A stretch of 64,000 nucleotides of DNA, from positions 59,088,001 through 59,152,000 of the forward strand of contig NC_058368.1 of assembly GCF_018350175.1 (NCBI RefSeq). Reading direction: 5' to 3'. The notes under the pieces were generated by a model, which was given only the letters and a program-made list of their open reading frames with translations, ran no database searches and was not told the origin of the DNA. Below are positions 1-11,783 of this stretch, piece after piece (the stretch's first letter is position 1; each line of letters opens with the position of its first letter). The position numbers and the translations under genes are program-made. Source of the stretch: Felis catus. Lineage: Eukaryota.

Positions 1-527
1 CCCTGTGATTTTAACTATCTGATGGATTTAAGAACAGTTGTTTATTTCCACTTTTGTGAAATTTCTTTCTTGTATTTTTTCTTGTTGTTGTAAGGATGGG
101 AGCGATGGCTTCCAAGCTCCTTACCTGTCAGAATGGAATTTGGAAGTCCCATATGACTATGTTTAGTTTATTTTATATTAAAAAATCCTCCTATTTCATA
201 ATATATATTTTACAATTATAGTTTGTAAATTAAATTAGTTTATGGTATAAAATACTTTATTTTTAATTTAATACTGCTCCTCAGTTCATTTTTTCTTCAT
301 TATTTTCAATATAGTTTTATTCTCTTGGAAAATGCTCAGTCACACAAATAATTTTATGTTTTTAATCACGTATTTATTAATTTGTTTTGTAGTCCATTCA
401 TAAATTATTGTAAAATGCTTAACGGAAACATCCTTAGTATTGCATGTCTCTAAAAGATGCATTATAAATAATTTTTAAAATGTAACCATTAGCTGTATAA
501 AAATGTAATATATGGTATCATCTGAAT

Positions 528-750
528 CAGGAGTTTACAAGCTATAGCCCATGAAAATCAAACCTGGCCCACCTCTTGTTTCTATAAATCAAATGGTATT
601 GAAATACAGCCACTTCATTTATTCATATATTATCTCTGGCTGCTTCCACATCATGGCATCACAGTTGAATGTTGTGACAAAAGCTATATGTCCCAAAAAG
701 CTTAAATTATTTGCTATTGTTCCTTTATAGATAAAGTTTGCTGACCCCTG
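528..750 (+). mobile_element. MER58A-like hAT-Charlie non-autonomous DNA transposon
   Basis: Begins CAGGAGTTTACAA, ends AAAGTTTGCTGACCCCTG; the internal sequence follows the recalled MER58A consensus (GAAATACAGCCAC..., TTGCTATTGTTCCTTTATAG). Confidence 0.8.
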
Positions 751-987
751 ATATAAATCATAATAATCACTGATCATGGAAAGTTTTCAAAAAATTAATT
801 TGGAAAAAAAGCACATTGTTTTAAACTGAAATGTCATTTCAGATTTTGTTAGAACAGCATTTCTCAAGTAGTTTTCAGTCTCCTTTAGAATGCTATTCTT
901 GTGCACATTTGAAAAATACTATGTTAGAGCAAACTAGATACTGAAATCTCAAAGTATTACTAGTTTAAAAGTAAATATTTGTGTTAC

Positions 988-1262
988 TTATTTTATTGAG
1001 ATATAATTGGCATATATTATGCTTCATGTATACAACATAATGATTTATGTTTTTATATATTGTGAAATGAACACCACATTAGAGTTAGCATCTATCACAA
1101 TAAAAAGTTAGAAACATTTTTTTCTTGTGATAAGGATTTTTACAGCTTACTGTCTTAGTAACTTTCAAATATATAATAAAGTATTATTAACTATAATCAC
1201 CATACTGTATATGATATCCCTATGACTTAATTATTGTATAACTAGAAGTTTCTACCTTTTAC
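988..1262 (-). mobile_element. Old L1 3' UTR fragment (L1MA/L1_Carn-like)
   Basis: TTTTATTGAGATATAATTGGCATAT...GTATAACTAGAAGTTTCTACCTTTTACC, typical antisense L1 3' end. Confidence 0.65.
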
Positions 1263-1671
1263 CAACCATAAAATAAATTTTATATAACATGAAAAAATTT
1301 ATAAATATTGTTGAAATTTTCAAAATATAAATATTTTATGTAATTGTCAACTATAGTTTCTTCACTCACTTATATCTGCCAGATTGCTAAAATGACTAAT
1401 CTGATGGCTTATAGTTTATATCACAGATGCTGTAATTTATTTTTTCTATGATGGCTATTTTCCCAGCTTTTTGGCACAATTGTGTTTGCAAAAGTAACTG
1501 GATTTTAGTGTGACAAATTTGCTAACAGCATACATTTCAAGTGTTACCACACACGCAATGGTAACCACCTGAAGTGGTGGACATGTAATTAGTTTGATTG
1601 TGGTAAGAATTTCATAATGTATAGGTGTATTAAAACAAGTACACCTTGTGTACACAAGCTCACAATGCTAT

Positions 1672-1978
1672 GTCATTCAGCTCACTTCATCTCATCATGT
1701 ATTTTATTTTCACATCATGACAAGAACAGTGAGTATAGTACAATAAGATATTTAGAAAAAGAGATCATATTCATATGTGTATTACAGTATATTGTTATAA
1801 TTGTATTTTATTATTAGTTATTGTTAATCTCTTATTGTGTATAATTTATAAATTAAACATTATCATAGCAGTATATGTATAGGAAAAAAGAATATATATG
1901 GTTTTACACTATCTGCAATATCAGGCATCCACTGGGGTCTTGGAAAGCATTCTCTGTGAATAAAAGGGGGAATACTCT
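1672..1978 (+). mobile_element. MER44/Tigger7-like TcMar-Tigger fragment
   Basis: Ends TCAGGCATCCACTGGGGTCTTGGAAAGCAT...ATAAAAGGGGGAATACT, resembling the MER44 terminus. Confidence 0.7.
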
Positions 1979-2254
1979 ATTTTCAAAACACCAAACAATT
2001 CAGTTGCTGGTTAAGATTACAGGGACCATAAAATGAGTTGCAGATGAGTCACATATAAAATTTACAGGTATGTAACCTATTACAAAATAAGAGCTGAATA
2101 TACTACCAATATATGTCTTAAGCACCTGTAGATAAGAGAGTGAAATCTGCTACCAGGGATTTTAAACAGGCATAATTATTCTGATGTAAAAAAATGAAGA
2201 AACTGATCGCAGAAGTGTTACTAAATTACTGGTGTTTTTAAAAGCCATTTTACT

Positions 2255-2463
2255 GGGGCGCCTGGGTGGCGCAGTCGGTTAAGCGTCCGACTTCAGCCAG
2301 GTCACGATCTCGTGGTCCGTGAGTTCGAGCCTGGCGTCAGGCTCTGGGCTGATGGCTCAGAGCCTGGAGCCTGTTTCCGATTCTGTGTCTCCCTCTCTCT
2401 CTGCCCCTCCCCCGTTCATGCTCTGTCTCTCTCTGTCCCAAAAATAAATAAACGTTGAAAAAA
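2255..2463 (+). mobile_element. Young felid Can-SINE (SINEC_Fc-like), full length
   Basis: GGGGCGCCTGGGTGGCGCAGTCGGTTAAGCG head, CT-rich body, A tail; TSD AAAGCCATTTTACT on both sides; CpGs retained. Confidence 0.95.
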
Positions 2464-2696
2464 AAAGCCATTTTACTGAGGTATGATGAAATACAAAAAG
2501 TACATAATTAATATAAAATACAAATATAAACATAAATGTATAAATACAAAAAACTAATATTAATATACACAACTTAATGAGTTTGGACATAACTATAAAG
2601 CCATGACACCGTCACTTCAATCTAGACCTTAAACATATCACCTCCAAAAGTTTCCTCAAACCATCCTATTTTTCATTATTTTTTGTGATAAGAACA

Positions 2697-4579
2697 TTTT
2701 TTAAATTTATTTATTTTTTAATTTACATCCAAGTTAGATAGCATATAAGAAAGGATGCTGGATTTTGCCTCCAGAGACATGCTGAGTGATTTAATGCCCT
2801 TACCCATTTAGACCAGCCCCCCTCCCTCAACCCCCCCAAAAACCTGTTTATTCTCTATATTTAAGAGTGTCTTATGTATGTCCCCCTCCCTGTTTTTATA
2901 TTACTTTTGCCTCCCTTCCCTTACATTCATCTGTTCTGTTCTTAAAATTCTCATATAAGTGAAGTCATATGATTTTTGTCCTTCTCTGACTGACTAATTT
3001 TGCTTAGCATAATACACTTTAGTTCCATCCACATAGTTGCAAATGGCAAGTTTTCATTCTTTTTGATTGCTGAGTAACACCCCATTATATATATATACCA
3101 CATCTTCTTATCCATTCATCCATTAATGGACGTTTAGGCTATTTCCATACTTTGGCTATTGTTGATAATGCTGCTTTTGAACAGCATACTTCTTTGCCTT
3201 GAATGAATACCTAGTAGTAGTGCAATTGCTGGATCATAGGGTAGTTCTGTTTTTAATTTTTTGAAGAACCTCCATACTATTTTCCAGAGTGGCTACACCA
3301 GTTTGCACTCCCACCAGCAGACATTTGAACAAAAAGAGATCCTCTTTCTCTGCATCCTCTCCAACATCTGTTGTTGCCTGAGTTGTTAATGTTAACCATT
3401 CTGACAGGTGTAAGGTGGTATTTCATTGTGGTCTTGATTTGTATTTCCCTGATGATGATGAGTGATGTGGAGCATTTTTTCATGTGTCAGTTGGCCATCT
3501 GGATGTCTTCTTTGGAGAAGAGTCTATTCATGTTTTTTGCCCATTTCTTCACTGGATTATTTGTTTTTTGGGTGTTGAGGTTGACAAGTTCTTTATAGAT
3601 TTGGGATACTAACCCTTTATCTGATATGTCATTTGCAAATATCTTCTCCCATTCCATCAGTTTCCTTTTAGTTTTGTTGATTGTTTCCTTTGCAGTGCAG
3701 AAGCTTTTTATTTTGATGAGGTCCCAATAGTTCATTTTTGCTTTTAATTCCCTTGTCTCCAGAGACGTGTTGAGTAAGAAGTTGCTGCAGCCAAGGTCAA
3801 AGACGTTTTTGCCTGCTTCCTCCTCGAGGATTTTGATGGCTTCCTGTCTTACGTTTAGGTCTTTCATCCATTTTGAGCTTATTTTTGTGTATGGTGTAAG
3901 AAAGTGGTCCAGGTTCATTCTTCTGCATGTCGCTGTCCAGGTTTCCCAGCACCACTTGCTGAAGAGACTGTCTTTATTCCACTGGATATTCTTTCCTGCT
4001 TTGTCAAAGATTAGTTGGCCATACGTTTGTGGGTCCATTTCTGGGTTCTCTATCCTGTTCCATTGATCTGAGTGTCTGTTGTTGTGCCAGTACCATACTG
4101 TCTTGATGATTACAGCTTTGTAGTATAGCTTGAAGTCCGGGATTGTGATGCCTCCTGCTTTGGTTTTCTTTTTCAAGATTGCTTCGGCTATTCAGGGTCT
4201 TTTCTGGTGCCGTACAAATTTTAGGATTATTTGTTCTAGCTCTGTGAAGAATGCTGGTGTTGTTTTGATAGGGATTGCATTGAATATGTAGATTGCTTTG
4301 GGTAGTATCGACATTTTAACAATATTTGTTCTTCCTATCCAGGAGCATGGAATCTTTTTCCATTGTTTTGTGTCTTCGTCAATTTCTTTCATAAGCTTTC
4401 TATAGTTTTCAGTGTATAGATTTTTCACCTCTTTGGTTTATTTATTTCTAGGTATTTTATGGGTTTTGGTGCAATTGTAAATGGGATCGATTCCTTGATT
4501 TCTCTTTCTGTCACTTCATTGTTGGCATACAGGAATGCAACCGATTTTTGTGCATTGATTTTATATCCTGCAACTTTGC
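2697..4579 (-). mobile_element. L1-A: 5'-truncated L1 (ORF2 C-terminal part plus 3' UTR), composite, no TSD seen
   Basis: ORF track 3487-4176 and 4192-4428 give L1 ORF2 peptides ([21 protein letters not shown]); T-rich tail at about 2697-2720. Confidence 0.95.
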
Positions 4580-4700
4580 CATTGGGCTCTCCTCATTCAG
4601 TGCAGGGCTCACTTGGGATCCTTTGTCTCCCTCTCTCTCTGACCCTCCCCTGCTTGTACTCTTTCTCGCTCTCTCTCAAAAATAAAAATAAAATAAAAAC
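4580..4700 (+). mobile_element. 3' half of a Can-SINE fused directly to L1-A
   Basis: CATTGGGCTCT...CTTGGGATCC...CTCTCTCAAAAATAAAAATAAAATAAAA; the tRNA-derived head is missing. Confidence 0.85.
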
Positions 4701-5147
4701 CTTACAAAAAAGTTGTGATTTCATGTAAGAGCAATTAAAGACCATGAGAGAGTTCAGAGAAGCAAATGTCTTCACAGAATTAAAATACTACCTCAGGAAA
4801 ATCATTCTTATTATTGTAATATTTTTGAAAAATAGAAAAGTGTAGAGATGAGATAATTATGCTTAAGATATGTAAAACATTAGAGTTCTGATTTTTTAAA
4901 TACCTGGCTTAATACTGAGAGTTAAAAGAATGTGATATAGAAGACCCTTTATGGAGAATTTGACATGAAGTTTAAGGTGGAAAGATCCAGGAATACAATA
5001 ACTTATCCAGGATGTTATATCTAAGAGAATTGTTAAATTTCTCCCAATTCTGAGATGTAGCAATAATTAACTAAAAACTTTGTGCCAGTTTTGAAGGCTG
5101 AATTTTCAGGTGTCCCTAAATGGTTGTAATACATCTGCATAAGCCAG

Positions 5148-5148
<1 letters not shown>

Positions 5149-5192
<44 letters not shown>
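5149..5192. repeat. (TA)n microsatellite
   Basis: About 22 TA units read directly. Confidence 0.95.
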
Positions 5193-5201
<9 letters not shown>

Positions 5202-5243
5202 TTTTAATTTTTTTCTTAACTGACTGAGCCACCCAGGAACCCC
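5193..5243 (-). mobile_element. Minimal Can-SINE: 5' ~29 nt joined to an A-rich tail
   Basis: Reverse complement reads GGGGTTCCTGGGTGGCTCAGTCAGTTAAG then AAAAAAATTAAAAAAAAAAAAA. Confidence 0.75.
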
Positions 5244-5562
5244 TTTATTTCTTTTTTTGTTTTTATTTGAATATAATTTATTGCCAAATTGGCTAACATA
5301 CATTGTGTAAAGTGTGCTCTTGGTTTTTGGGATAGATTTCCCATGGTTCATTGCTTACATACAACATCCAGTGCTCATCCAAGAAGTGTCCTCCTCAATG
5401 CCCATTACCCATTTTCCCCTCCCCCCATCCCCCATCAACCCTCAGATTGTTCTCGGTATTTAAGAGTCTCTTATGGTTTGCCTCCCTCCCTCTCTGTTTG
5501 TAAATATTTTCCCGCTTCTCTTCCCCCATGGTCTTCTGTTAAGTTTCTCAAGATCCACATAT
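5244..5562 (-). mobile_element. Carnivore/felid L1 3' UTR fragment
   Basis: ATAATTTATTGCCAAATTGG...CAGTGCTCATCC...CCTCCTCAATGCCCATTACCC. Confidence 0.85.
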
Positions 5563-6425
5563 TTTTAAAAAAGAATAAAGATGAAAATGAATTATTCACA
5601 ATAAAGACCAATGAACGAATGAGATAAATGGACAGCTACATTTCCACTGTTTCTTATGGCACATGGAAATCTCCAGCTTTGCTTGGAAACCCAGCTTTGT
5701 CTTCCCATCTAGTTATAGAACATTTATAGAAATTTTATTGGGATGACATCCACCCACTAGGAGCTGTCTGAACAGCTGAGAAGAAATCTGTACCCCTGAC
5801 ACCCATCTTTTGGTATAGTACAGGTATTCATAAACCTTCCCAGAACAAGATTGCAGTAGTTAACCACAGCATGTGGAGGAAGTTTTTCCTGTGAAGGGTT
5901 TTGTTTGGACTTCTCTTCATGGAAATGACTATGCCCTCTTAACCTCTGTAGATCACTGTAGGTAATAACTCACCTGCCAAGTAGGTGGACCTCTCCTTTG
6001 ACTTCAGAGAGAATCATCCTTACTGCATACACCCTTTATAAAATAATTAATTGGCAAATCCCTAATGAAGTTCTTACTTCAATGAAATAAATGGAGTCAT
6101 TGCAATTACACTAAGGCTTAACCCATGCCACCCACAAAGGCTGTTTACATAGTTTTAAAACCAAATATTGGCAGTGAAAGAGATAAATAGACTTCATATA
6201 GACTTTTTAAAATGGAGCCCTAATAAGTAATTTGTTGAAAAACTTCATAAATCTACCCAGTATTTCTGCCCCCAATTTGGAGTTGTAGTACTTTTTCCAT
6301 CCATTTCTATTGGAAACACAATAATAAAATTTTAAATAATTCCAGGGTAAACAAATACCTATATAGTAATTACATAAAATTTATTTTAAATATCATAGTG
6401 TAAAATTAAATGTATATATATGTAT

Positions 6426-6472
<47 letters not shown>

Positions 6473-6854
6473 CATATGTTTTAATTCAGAGGGAAGGATT
6501 GGGGGGATTTTTTAAATTAAGATACATTTTTAAAACTATTCAGACATTATTAAAACCAGTTAATTTTTAGGCCTGGTAAATAGGTAAAATATGTGTGCTT
6601 CTTGCCTTCTATTTCCTGCAATGAAATGGAGTGCTTTCAAAGGAAATAATGCTGTAGATATTCCTGGAATAAAATATAAAAGAGAGAATATATTTTTGTT
6701 GCAATAGCCTCTTCTACTTGGCTCAGCTGTTTTAAAACACATTGCATTTGAGAGCTTTTTTATTATTTAGACTGACTAAAGTTTAATTTACATTAGCTTT
6801 ATGTTCTTGTAGGAAAGAGTGGTTATTTGTGACCAAGGAATCCATTTATTACTG

Positions 6855-6932
6855 ATTCTACCATTGATTTACTGTGTGTCCCTGAGCAAGGCAATTAACT
6901 TCTTTTTGACTCTATTTCTTAATTTATAAGGT
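6855..6932 (+). mobile_element. MIR core fragment
   Basis: TTACTGTGTGTCCCTGAGCAAGGCAATTAACTTCTTTTTGACTCTATTTCTT resembles the MIR core. Confidence 0.5.
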
Positions 6933-7987
6933 GCAGGTGCCACTATTATGCAGAAATGGTGGAATAAATTTTAAATTTCCAATGAAGAAGAAACTAAGGG
7001 ACAGAGTGTACAATGTGATGGAAATCTTGTCAGCTGTTTTAAAATGCTTGCATTTAAAGTCTATGGAAGCTACTTAACCTAGCCAGATTTCTCAGTCTAT
7101 ACAATGCTTAAAAGGAAGTGCTAGAGAATTTAAAGGAGTAATATATCTAATTCATCTTGCCAACAAGGAAGAAATGCTATTTTACATATGAATAATGTCT
7201 CACCAACATTAGCTGGCTTCCATAGAGGAGTAAGAATGCAATATAATGCCAATCAGAGCACAAAAAATGGGTTAGAAATAATTTTTCTTTCCTTATCATA
7301 GAAAACTATGAAAAAATCTGCACTGCTAGTCTTCAACTTTATAGAAGATTTTCACATTAAATGTGGTTTTGCATAAAAATACCTCCCTTGATAACAATTC
7401 AGATGCCTGAAATTATAACATTAGAAGTGTATTTTCTTTGCAAATATGGAAATTTCCTTTTACTGGATAAAATGAAAACTCTTCTCCAATCAAAGCACCT
7501 AAAACATTAATTAAATATAGCAAACATCCTCTAATATTTCTGTAGTAATGAGTGTAGGCAAGTGACCAGGAAGATGATGGAATCTAGAATTGGAAGATGA
7601 TGGAAACTTGAACTGAAATTATAGCTGCCCTGGAAAATGGTCAGTGTTGGGAAAAGGTTTGAAGATGGCAAGAGAGAAATAGGATGCAAATCTGGATCCA
7701 AACAAGAGGGATAGTTTCACTTCTAACAAAAGATTGATGTAGAAGAAATACATACATATATACATATATACATACGTACATATACATACATATGTACATA
7801 CATACAGCCAGAGAGACACAGAGATAGAGAGAAAAGGAGAGAAGGGAATACAGGAGAGGAAGAAAAGAAATTTACCTCACCTGAGATTTGGTTAGTGAAG
7901 AATATTTCCCTCCAAAATTATAGAAACAGCATTTTCTCCTATTATTCCATAGTTATCATCACCCAGTTTATAAAATCTGTATTATCT

Positions 7988-8154
7988 CAAAGAGAGGGTG
8001 GGTGGAGGCTAGGTTAAATAGGTGATGGGGATTAAGGAGTGCACTTGTGATGACCACCAGGTGTTTTATGGAAGCGATGAACCATAAATTGTACATTTGA
8101 AACTAATATTATACTGTATGTTGCCTGACTGGAATTTATATAAAAAAAGAAAAA
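7988..8154 (+). mobile_element. Short L1_Carn-like 3' end with TSD
   Basis: GGTGATGGGGATTAAGGAGTGCACTTGTGATG...GAAACTAATATTATACTGTATG, A tail; TSD AAAATCTGTATTATCT at 7972-7987 and 8155-8170. Confidence 0.9.
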
Positions 8155-8320
8155 AAAATCTGTATTATCTGAAATTTAGAACTGAAGTCATAGTAGTCAC
8201 ATATTAGTACTTGTGTTGTTGTCTAGAAAATGTAAAAATAAACCCTGGTATTAAAGAGTTCACAATCTTACATTGCTCAACTTAAATAAATATGTTTTAC
8301 AAATGGAGTCATGATAAATT

Positions 8321-8322
<2 letters not shown>

Positions 8323-8364
<42 letters not shown>
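8323..8364. repeat. (AC)n microsatellite
   Basis: About 21 AC units. Confidence 0.95.
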
Positions 8365-8365
<1 letters not shown>

Positions 8366-8653
8366 AGAAGTAGAAGCCTGAGTATTCTGTTGAGGGAATT
8401 GTCAACTATACAAATTATACAAAATATAAAATAATGGATAGCCAAATTAGGAAAATATATTATTTAAAAAGAACAAGTAGAATGTCAAAAGGTCTAATAA
8501 AAGCTTTATATGTGACTTAATAATCATTACAACTTGAGGAATGAACAAAATTACAGAAATAATGGGACTGAAGATAAAATTAGTGAAATAGAAGATAGAT
8601 TTGAAGAAATAATTCAAAATGAAATATAGAACAGGAAAGAGATGGAACATGTG

Positions 8654-11600
8654 AAACCAGAAGCTGGTTGTTTGAAAGAATTAACCAAATTGATAAACCA
8701 CTAACAAGTTTTATCAAAAAGAAAAAGGAAAGGACCCAAATAAATAAAATCAAGAATGAAAGAGAGATCACAACCAACACAGCAGAAATACAAACAATAA
8801 CAAAAGAATATTATGACTAATTATATGCCAATAAAATGGGCAATCTGGAAGAAATGGACAAATTCCTAGAAACATATACAATACCAAAACTGAAACAGGA
8901 AGAAATAGAAAATTTGAACAGACCCATAACCATCAAGGAAATTGAATTAGTAATCAAAAATCTGCCAAAAAACCAGAGTCCAGGGCCAGATGGCTTTCCA
9001 GGGGAATTCTACCAAACATTTAAGGAAGAGTTAACACCTATTCTCTTGAAGGTGTTCCAAAATAGAAATGGAAGGAAAACTTCCAAACTCTGTCTATGAA
9101 GCCAGCATTACCTTGATTCGAAACCAGACAAAGATCCCACTAAAAAGGAGAACTATAGACCAATTTCTCTGATGAACATGGATGCAAAAATCCTCAACAA
9201 GATATTAGCCAACCGGATCCAAAAATACATTAAAAAAAGTATTCACCATGACCAAGTGGGATTTATCCCTGGGGTGCAGGGCTGGTTCCATATCTGCAAA
9301 ACAATTAACGTGATTCATCAAAACAATAAAAGAAAGGACAAGAACCATATGATCTTCTCAATACATGTAGAGAAAGCATTTGACAAAATACAGCGTCCTT
9401 TCTTGATAAAAACCCTCAAAAAAATAGGGACAGAAGGAGCATACCTCGAGGTCATAAAAACCATATATAAACGACCCAACACTAATGTCATCCTTAATTG
9501 GGAGAAACTGAGAGCATTCCCCCTAAGGTCAAGAACAAGACAGGGAAGTCCACTCTCACCACGGTTATTCAACATAGTATTGGAAGTCTTAGCCTCTGCA
9601 ATCAGACAACATGAAGAAATAAAAGGCATCCAAATCGGCCAGGAGGAGGTCAAACTCTCACTGTTTGCAGATGACATGATACTCTATATGGAAAACCCTA
9701 AAGATTCCACCAGAAAACTGCTAGAACTGATTCATGAATTCAGCAAAGTTGCAGGATATAAAATCAATGCACAAAAATCGGTTGCATTCCTGTATGCCAA
9801 CAATGAAGTGACAGAAAGAGAAATCAAGGAATCGATCCCATTTACAATTGCACCAAAACCCATAAAATACCTAGAAATAAATAAACCAAAGAGGTGAAAA
9901 ATCTATACACTGAAAACTATAGAAAGCTTATGAAAGAAATTGACGAAGACACAAAACAATGGAAAAAGATTCCATGCTCCTGGATAGGAAGAACAAATAT
10001 TGTTAAAATGTCGATACTACCCAAAGCAATCTACATATTCAATGCAATCCCTATCAAAACAACACCAGCATTCTTCACAGAGCTAGAACAAATAATCCTA
10101 AAATTTGTACGGCACCAGAAAAGACCCTGAATAGCCGAAGCAATCTTGAAAAAGAAAACCAAAGCAGGAGGCATCACAATCCCGGACTTCAAGCTATACT
10201 ACAAAGCTGTAATCATCAAGACAGTATGGTACTGGCACAACAACAGACACTCAGATCAATGGAACAGGATAGAGAACCCAGAAATGGACCCACAAACGTA
10301 TGGCCAACTAATCTTTGACAAAGCAGGAAAGAATATCCAGTGGAATAAAGACAGTCTCTTCAGCAAGTGGTGCTGGGAAACCTGGACAGCGACATGCAGA
10401 AGAATGAACCTGGACCACTTTCTTACACCATACACAAAAATAAGCTCAAAATGGATGAAAGACCTAAACGTAAGACAGGAAGCCATCAAAATCCTCGAGG
10501 AGGAAGCAGGCAAAAACGTCTTTGACCTTGGCTGCAGCAACTTCTTACTCAACACGTCTCTGGAGACAAGGGAATTAAAAGCAAAAATGAACTATTGGGA
10601 CCTCATCAAAATAAAAAGCTTCTGCACTGCAAAGGAAACAATCAACAAAACTAAAAGGAAACTGATGGAATGGGAGAAGATATTTGCAAATGACATATCA
10701 GATAAAGGGTTAGTATCCCAAATCTATAAAGAACTTGTCAACCTCAACACCCAAAAAACAAATAATCCAGTGAAGAAATGGGCAAAAAACATGAATAGAC
10801 TCTTCTCCAAAGAAGACATCCAGATGGCCAACTGACACATGAAAAAATGCTCCACATCACTCATCATCATCAGGGAAATACAAATCAAGACCACAATGAA
10901 ATACCACCTTACACCTGTCAGAATGGTTAACATTAACAACTCAGGCAACAACAGATGTTGGAGAGGATGCAGAGAAAGAGGATCTCTTTTGCATTGTTGG
11001 TGGGAGTGCAAACTGGTGTAGCCACTCTGGAAAATAGTATGGAGGTTCCTCAAAAAACTAAAAATAGAACTACCCTACAGCCCAGTAATTGCACTGCCAG
11101 GCATTTATCTACAGGATACAGGTGTGCTGTTTCAAAGGAACACATGCACCCCTATGTTTATAACAGCACTATCAACAATAGCCAAAGTATGGAAAGAGCC
11201 CAAATGTCCATCGATGGATGAATGGATAAAGAAAATGTGGTAAAGATATGCAATGGAGTATGACTCAGCAATCAAAAAGAATGAAAACTTGCCATTTGCA
11301 CCTACGTGGATGGAACTGGAGGGTATTATGCTAAGTGACATTAGTCAGTCAGAGAAAGACAAAAATCATATGACTTCACTCATATGAGGACTAAGAGACA
11401 AAACAGATGAACATAAAGGAAGGGAAACAAAAAAAATATAAAAACAAGGAGGGGGACAAAACAGTAGAGACTCATAAATATGGAGAACAAACTGAGGGTT
11501 ACGTGAAGGGTTGCGGGAGGGGGGGATGGGCTAAATGGGTAAGGGGCACTAAGGAATCTACTCCTGAAATCATTGTTGCACTATATGCTAACTAATTTGG

Positions 11601-11656
11601 ATGTAAATTTAAAAATTAAATAAATAAATAAATAAAATTAAGTAGTAAAAAAAATG
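8654..11656 (+). mobile_element. L1-B: 5'-truncated L1, 3.0 kb, with 17-bp TSD
   Basis: ORF2 peptides in several frames, 3' UTR and A-rich tail; TSD AAGAGATGGAACATGTG at 8637-8653 and 11657-11673; the flanks resemble an older L1 ORF1 remnant. Confidence 0.97.
8656..11386 (+). pseudogene. Disrupted L1 ORF2 (RT domain and C-terminus, no endonuclease domain)
   Basis: RT motifs RQGSPLSP and LFADDMILY in ORF 9172-9897; frameshifts near 8765, 9061 and 9885; stops at 10128-10130 and 10833-10835. Confidence 0.95.
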
Positions 11657-11740
11657 AAGAGATGGAACATGTGTATGAAAGAGCAAGATGATGGATTGAA
11701 TAATATATGACTAAATGGAGCTTCAAAATTCAGAAAGAGT

Positions 11741-11783
11741 ATTATATTATATTATATTATATTATATTATATTATATTATATA
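11741..11783. repeat. (ATTAT)n microsatellite
   Basis: About 8 ATTAT units. Confidence 0.9.

Noticed and set aside
2255..2330. tRNA genes
   Set aside because: The A/B-box-like sequences belong to tRNA-derived SINE heads; no standalone tRNA seen
2357..2590. Recurrent peptide MNGGGAEREGDTESETGSRL (also at 54189-54401 and 55792-56064)
   Set aside because: Antisense translation of Can-SINE bodies, not a gene family
3371..4066. Hydrophobic ORFs 3371-3598 and 3767-4066, and equivalents at 9318-9677, 10256-11053 and 42780-43573
   Set aside because: Antisense frames of L1 ORF2
7569..7605. 14-bp direct repeat GGAAGATGATGGAA
   Set aside because: Only 9 bp apart; an ordinary small local duplication
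9172..9897. 241-aa reverse transcriptase ORF as an active or novel RT gene
   Set aside because: It is a fragment of a 5'-truncated, frameshifted L1 ORF2 with no endonuclease, ORF1 or promoter
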